The notes under the pieces are model-generated. The model saw only the letters and a list, made by a program, of their open reading frames with translations. It was not told where the DNA came from and did not search any database. Position numbers and translations under genes: made by a program. DNA of 64,000 bases from Treponema sp. (lineage in GTDB: Bacteria > Spirochaetota > Spirochaetia > Treponematales > Treponemataceae): contig JAGCVK010000009.1 of assembly GCA_017962415.1 (NCBI GenBank), forward strand, positions 4,811-68,810, in the 5' to 3' direction. Position 1 is the stretch's first letter. Each line of letters opens with the position of its first letter. Positions 59,121 through 64,000 of the stretch are shown here, piece after piece.

Positions 59121-60719
59121 ATGAATAATAAAAAACTTATTGAAAGCGGCGCTGCCGTTCTTGGTATTGAATTTGGTTCAACACGCATTAAAGCCGTGCT
59201 GATTAACGAAAAATACGAACCTATTGCAAGCGGCTCTTACACTTGGGAAAACACCCTCGATAACGGTATTTGGACTTACCCGCTTTCTCAGATTCACGAA
59301 GGCTTGCAGAGCTGTTACGCTGACCTCAAAAAAGATGTTCAGGAAAAATACGGCGTAAAACTTACAAAATTCTGTGCCGGCGGTATTTCTGCAATGATGC
59401 ACGGATACCTTGCTTTTGATAAAGCTGAAAATCTTCTTGTTCCTTTTAGAACCTGGCGCAACACAATTACAGGAGCCGCTTCTAAAGAACTTTCAGAGCT
59501 TTTTAATTTCCCGGGTCCAGAACGCTGGTCTGTTTCGCATCTTTATCAGGCAATTTTGAATAACGAGCCTCATATCAGCAAAATCGAAAATGTTTATACA
59601 CTCGCAGGTTATATTCACTATATGCTCACAGGCAAAAAAGTGCTTGGTGTTGGAGATGCCAGCGGAATGTTCCCGGTAAAATATGAAAATGGCAAAGCTG
59701 ATTATAATCCTGATTTTAAAGCAAAGTTTGAAGCCTTGCCTGGTGTAAAACAACTTGGTCTTAAACTCGATTCAGTTTTTCCAAAAGTTTTAATGGCTGG
59801 AGAAGAAGCCGGCACTTTGACAGAAAAAGGTGCTAAGTTCCTTGACCCAACAGGAGATTTGCAAGCTGGCATTCCATTCTGCCCGCCAGAAGGTGATGCA
59901 GGAACTGGTATGGCCGCTACAAACTCTGTTGCTTCAAAAACCGGAAACATTAGTGCGGGAACTTCTGTATTCAGCATGGTAGTTTTGGAAAAAGATTTGA
60001 AAAAGGCTTACCCTGGAATTATTGATATTGTAACAACTCCAGACGGACTTCCGGTTGCAATGGTTCACGCAAATAACTGTACCGGCGAACACAACTACTG
60101 GATGGATTTGTTCTATGAAGTTGCAACAATTATGTGCGGTTCTGGCAATGTGCCAAAAATCGGAAAGTTTTTTGATGATTTGATTAATAAATCTCTTGAA
60201 GCAGACAAAGACTGCGGCGGACTTCTTGCTTACAATTATCTTTCTGGTGAAACTATTACAGGCTTTAATTCTGGCCGCCCGCTTTTTGCACGCGCAGAAA
60301 ATGCTAAGTTCAATGTTGCAAACTTTATGCGCACACAAATGTTTGCTTCTCTTGGCGCTTTGCGTGCCGGAATGAATATTCTTTATGATGAAGAAAAAGT
60401 CCCGGTTGAAAGTATGACTGGAGCCGGCGGATACTTTAAGACTGAAGCTGGCCTTAAGTACATGGCAGCAGCTATGAAAACAAGTGTTAGCGCAATGGAA
60501 ACTGCAGGTGAAGGCGGCCCTTGGGGTATGGCACTTCTTGCAGCTTTTTCGGCTGAAGGCAAAAAAAATCTTCCTGATTTCTTGAACAAAGAAGTATTTG
60601 GAAGCTGTAAGAAAACTACAGCGGCACCTGAGTCTGAATTAGTTGAAAGTTTTAATATATTCTTTGAAAGATATATGAAAGGCCTTGAAATCGAAAAGGC
60701 TGCTGTAAATACATTATAG
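59121..60719 (+). CDS. FGGY-family pentulose kinase (L-ribulokinase/xylulokinase-like)
   Basis: GIEFGSTRIKA, SAMMHGY and PEGDAGTGM; adjacent to araD. Confidence 0.9.
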   Translation: MNNKKLIESGAAVLGIEFGSTRIKAVLINEKYEPIASGSYTWENTLDNGIWTYPLSQIHEGLQSCYADLKKDVQEKYGVKLTKFCAGGISAMMHGYLAFDKAENLLVPFRTWRNTITGAASKELSELFNFPGPERWSVSHLYQAILNNEPHISKIENVYTLAGYIHYMLTGKKVLGVGDASGMFPVKYENGKADYNPDFKAKFEALPGVKQLGLKLDSVFPKVLMAGEEAGTLTEKGAKFLDPTGDLQAGIPFCPPEGDAGTGMAATNSVASKTGNISAGTSVFSMVVLEKDLKKAYPGIIDIVTTPDGLPVAMVHANNCTGEHNYWMDLFYEVATIMCGSGNVPKIGKFFDDLINKSLEADKDCGGLLAYNYLSGETITGFNSGRPLFARAENAKFNVANFMRTQMFASLGALRAGMNILYDEEKVPVESMTGAGGYFKTEAGLKYMAAAMKTSVSAMETAGEGGPWGMALLAAFSAEGKKNLPDFLNKEVFGSCKKTTAAPESELVESFNIFFERYMKGLEIEKAAVNTL

Positions 60720-60726
60720 CAAACTC

Positions 60727-60833
60727 TATATATGGCTCTCAGCGGAAATCAGCCACAAATAATGGCTTCCGCGCTCGCGTTGCTCGCTTGTGCTGATATT
60801 GCTTGCACCGGTTTCTGCTGAAAGGCATATATA
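60727..60833. repeat. Dispersed REP-like palindrome, copy C, inside a longer hairpin
   Basis: TATATATG/CATATATA ends; core CAAATAATGGCTTCCGCGCT...CGCTTGTGCTGATATTGCTTG. Confidence 0.85.
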
Positions 60834-60877
60834 AATCAACTATAATCAATATCATATTCACATAAAAAGAGGAAAAA

Positions 60878-61594
60878 ATGACATACGAATCTTTAAGACT
60901 TCAAGCCTATGAGGCAAATATGAAAATCCCAGAGAATCACCTTGCTCTTTATACCTGGGGAAATGTTTCTGCTTTTGATAAAGACAAGGCAGTTTTTGCA
61001 ATTAAACCTTCTGGAGTTCCTTACCCGGAACTTACACCTGAATCAATGGTAATTATTGATTTAGACGGAAAAAAAGTAGACGGTTCGCTAAATCCTTCAA
61101 GCGACACTCCAACTCACGCAGTTTTATACAAGGAATTTGCTGTAAACAAAAATGCAGAAGTTGGGGGTATTATTCATACTCATTCAACCTGCGCTGTTGC
61201 TTGGGCTCAGGCAGTACGCTCTGTTCCACTTTTTGGAACCACACACGCAGACCATATTCAAAAATCAGTTCCTTGCACTCCATATTTGAGCCAACAAGCC
61301 GTTGAATCAGATTATGAAAAAGAAACTGGACTTTTGATTGTAAAACACTTTGCAGAACTTGGTCTAAACCCAAGTGAAGTAAATATGGTGCTTTGCGGAG
61401 GACACGGACCTTTTGCCTGGGGCAAAAACGCAGACAAAGCGGTTTACAACGGAACTGTTCTCGAAGAAATCTGCCGAATGGCAATGTACACACTCCAAAT
61501 TCGCCCAGATGCAACAGAACTTCCAGATTATATTGTAAACAAGCATTATATGAGAAAACACGGTCCAAACGCATATTACGGACAAGGAAAATAA
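60878..61594 (+). CDS. araD: L-ribulose-5-phosphate 4-epimerase
   Basis: TWGNVS, IKPSGV, PSSDTPTH, HTHS, GTTHAD and RKHGPNAYYGQ. Confidence 0.96.
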   Translation: MTYESLRLQAYEANMKIPENHLALYTWGNVSAFDKDKAVFAIKPSGVPYPELTPESMVIIDLDGKKVDGSLNPSSDTPTHAVLYKEFAVNKNAEVGGIIHTHSTCAVAWAQAVRSVPLFGTTHADHIQKSVPCTPYLSQQAVESDYEKETGLLIVKHFAELGLNPSEVNMVLCGGHGPFAWGKNADKAVYNGTVLEEICRMAMYTLQIRPDATELPDYIVNKHYMRKHGPNAYYGQGK

Positions 61595-61692
61595 AAAAAA
61601 CACGCCGTCACCCAGAATATGTTTCGGGCCATTTTTTAGCAGTTGCAACTGAAACCTATTAAGGCCACCCCGACGGCGAAAATACTATATTT

Positions 61693-62466
61693 ATGAACCG
61701 TTCAAGTTCCACTAACGCAATTATCCTCTCTCTAAAGCCTTTGGGCGAAAATAACTCCTCAGTTACTTTGATTACGCCAGAGAGCGGAATTGTTTATGCA
61801 GTTCTTTATGGCGGCCCAAAAAGCAGGCTTCGCTCGCTAGTTGCACAATGGAACAGCGGAAAAGTCTGGCTATACGAAAATCCCGAAAAAAAGCAAATCA
61901 AAATAAGCGATTTTGAAGTTACAAATTATCACGCAAGTTTTAGCCAAAATCTTTTTAAATCTTATGCAGCTTCTCTTGCAGCTGAACTTGCAATCAAAAC
62001 CCGCTGTGGCGGAAGTGCTGCGCAATGTTTTCAACTCGTAAACGGATTTCTAAACGGAATGGAACTTTGTGATGAAAAACAAAGCCGGCTCGGGCTTCTT
62101 CGCTTTTTATGGCGCTATCTTGAATTGCTTGGAATACAGCCGCAAACTCATGCGTGCGGCAGCTGCGGAAAAACTTTTTTAGATACACGGTTTGCACCAG
62201 ACGCCGTTTCATACTATAATGGTATGGAAAATTGTTTTATCTGTCCAAATTGCGGCGAACACGTATCCCGCGAAAATATGATTTCGGTAAAAACAACGGC
62301 AGTTCAGTATCTTTCTGCACTTTCCGTGCTTTCGCCTGCAGAAGCGCGAAAGCTCAGTATCAACGAAGAAATCTATGGGCAAATAAAACAGTTAGTTTTT
62401 TTTCTGATTGAGAACAGTATAGACCAGAAGCTGAACTCTATAGAAACTGGGATGGGGATTTTGTGA
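61693..62466 (+). CDS. recO: DNA repair protein RecO
   Basis: N-terminal OB-fold (GENN..LIT...G..GGPKSRLRS) and a CGSC/CPNC Zn finger; upstream of recJ. Confidence 0.85.
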   Translation: MNRSSSTNAIILSLKPLGENNSSVTLITPESGIVYAVLYGGPKSRLRSLVAQWNSGKVWLYENPEKKQIKISDFEVTNYHASFSQNLFKSYAASLAAELAIKTRCGGSAAQCFQLVNGFLNGMELCDEKQSRLGLLRFLWRYLELLGIQPQTHACGSCGKTFLDTRFAPDAVSYYNGMENCFICPNCGEHVSRENMISVKTTAVQYLSALSVLSPAEARKLSINEEIYGQIKQLVFFLIENSIDQKLNSIETGMGIL

Positions 62467-64000
62467 GAGCAGAAGCTTTAAACTGGGTAAAAAAGCCCGT
62501 TACAAAGCAGCAGATTGAGCCGCTTTGTAATTCTTTTAACATTTCACCTTTAATGGCCTCGGTTTTTGTACGCCGTGGAATCACAGAAGGAAAAGACCTT
62601 CTTTATTATCTCGAAGATGATATGCGTTTTCAGCATAATCCTTTTTGTTTTTCTGCAATGGAAGACGCTGTTGAGCGAATTTTGCAGGCAAAAGAAGAAG
62701 GTGAAAAAGTTTTGATTTTTGGCGACAGCGATGTTGACGGAATTACAAGTACCGCAATTCTTTACGAAGAACTTTCGCGGCTTGGAATTGATGTACAATG
62801 GCGACTTCCGCTCGAAGACGACGGTTACGGACTTTCAATTTCTGCAATTGATGATTTTGCAGCTCAAAATGGAACTTTGATTATCACAGTCGATTGCGGA
62901 ATTTCAAATAATGATGAAATTGAACACGCAAATGAACTTGGAATCGAAGTAATAATTACAGATCATCATAATCCGCCAGAAGTTTTACCACAAGCAATAA
63001 TTATTATTGATCCAAAAATTGAAGATTCCGGCTATTCTTTTGAAGGGATTTCAGGCGCTGCGGTGGCATACAAGCTGGTTTCGGCAATTCGTTTTGCGCT
63101 TTCTGATTTTTATAATGCGGAAATCTGCCTTTTAGAAATCACAGAAGATTCACAAAACAATTGTTTTTATGCAGATTGCCTGAAAATCAGAAATCTTGTA
63201 AAAAGCAAAGAACTTCACGAAAAAATAATTCCGGGCAAAACTTCAATTTATGATTTAAAATTGCCCTACTTTCTTAGCGGCCAGCTGATTTATTGCTGGG
63301 ATTCAAAACACACGCTGGAAATGCTTTCTGCCTTGTTTGGAAGCGGAATTGAGTTTAATGTAAATGATTTACGAAACGAAATTTCAAAAGTAATTCCGGC
63401 TGTAAAAAATAAAACGGCAAATCAGGTAAAAGCACTTTCTCAGATTGCAAAATATACAGGCCAGCAAGCAAGTGAAATTGAAAGCATTTTTAATCTTTAC
63501 GTTACTTACTGCAAAAAACTGATTGCACAAAAATATCCTCAGCAAATTGCAGATGAGCAAAAAGATATTCAGCTTGTAGCGCTTGCAGCGCTTGCTGATA
63601 TTATGCCAATGAAAAACGAAAACCGCATTTTTGTGCGAAACGGAATCAGTTCAATCAAAAAAAACAGGCCACGACCAGGACTTGCTGAGCTTTTTAATAA
63701 ACTCAATATAAATATTGATGCTCTAACTTCAGCTGATCTTTCGTGGAACGTTATTCCGGCTCTTAATGCTGCTGGAAGAATGGGGCATTCAGATCTTTCG
63801 CTAAAACTTTTGATTTCTACCAACGCAAAAGAACGCGAGCAACTTGCTGACACAATTTTTAATATGAACGAAGAGCGTAAAGAACTGGTTTCTTCGGCGT
63901 ATTTTAAAATTCACGATAGCGCCGAGCAAAGTCTTGCGCAAAACTCGCAAAAACTTTGTGTTTCGGTTGACCAGACTATTAACAAAGGCGTAACCGGCAT
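62463..64000 (+). CDS. recJ: ssDNA exonuclease RecJ (runs off window)
   Basis: Not in the ORF track. GTG start overlaps the recO stop. Motifs GDSDVDGITS, DGYGL, ITVDCGI, ITDHH, LAALADIMP and PALNAAGRM. Confidence 0.93.
   Translation, partial: MRAEALNWVKKPVTKQQIEPLCNSFNISPLMASVFVRRGITEGKDLLYYLEDDMRFQHNPFCFSAMEDAVERILQAKEEGEKVLIFGDSDVDGITSTAILYEELSRLGIDVQWRLPLEDDGYGLSISAIDDFAAQNGTLIITVDCGISNNDEIEHANELGIEVIITDHHNPPEVLPQAIIIIDPKIEDSGYSFEGISGAAVAYKLVSAIRFALSDFYNAEICLLEITEDSQNNCFYADCLKIRNLVKSKELHEKIIPGKTSIYDLKLPYFLSGQLIYCWDSKHTLEMLSALFGSGIEFNVNDLRNEISKVIPAVKNKTANQVKALSQIAKYTGQQASEIESIFNLYVTYCKKLIAQKYPQQIADEQKDIQLVALAALADIMPMKNENRIFVRNGISSIKKNRPRPGLAELFNKLNINIDALTSADLSWNVIPALNAAGRMGHSDLSLKLLISTNAKEREQLADTIFNMNEERKELVSSAYFKIHDSAEQSLAQNSQKLCVSVDQTINKGVTG

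Overview
This is a low-GC chromosomal window from a spirochaete, almost certainly a Treponema, judged from gene content, type-2 IleRS, FliY/FlbD and Maf genes. Bases 1-14 kb hold a minus-strand flagellar operon (flbD-motA-motB-fliL-fliM-fliY-fliO-fliP-fliQ-fliR-flhB-flhA-flhF-flhG-hyp-fliA). The rest is mostly housekeeping: an OmpR-family two-component pair, hemW, a lepB-like gene, smpB, ftsB, an operon of acidic protein, two Maf genes and a degenerate GGDEF gene, upp, ileS, a GT8-PlsC-CrtO-like operon, thiI-udg-priA, dxs-folP-cdaA-cdaR-acpS-DUF2225-truA, rpoZ-miaA, addB-addA, a pentulose kinase with araD, recO and recJ. I found no transposase, prophage, CRISPR array, rRNA or tRNA. The main observations beyond the ORF track are: (1) a 74-bp tandem array of hairpins with compensatory base changes between fliY and fliO; (2) a multi-stem RNA candidate covering the cdaA ribosome-binding site; (3) dxs apparently starting at ATT; (4) an unlisted 29-aa bS22/mS38-like ribosomal protein gene; (5) a single in-frame TAA splitting a roughly 890-codon acidic protein; (6) a LepB paralogue with its catalytic Lys replaced by Arg; (7) a dispersed REP/MITE-like hairpin family; and (8) several apparently leaderless promoters. 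All calls come from reading the sequence by eye; no searches or folding were run.
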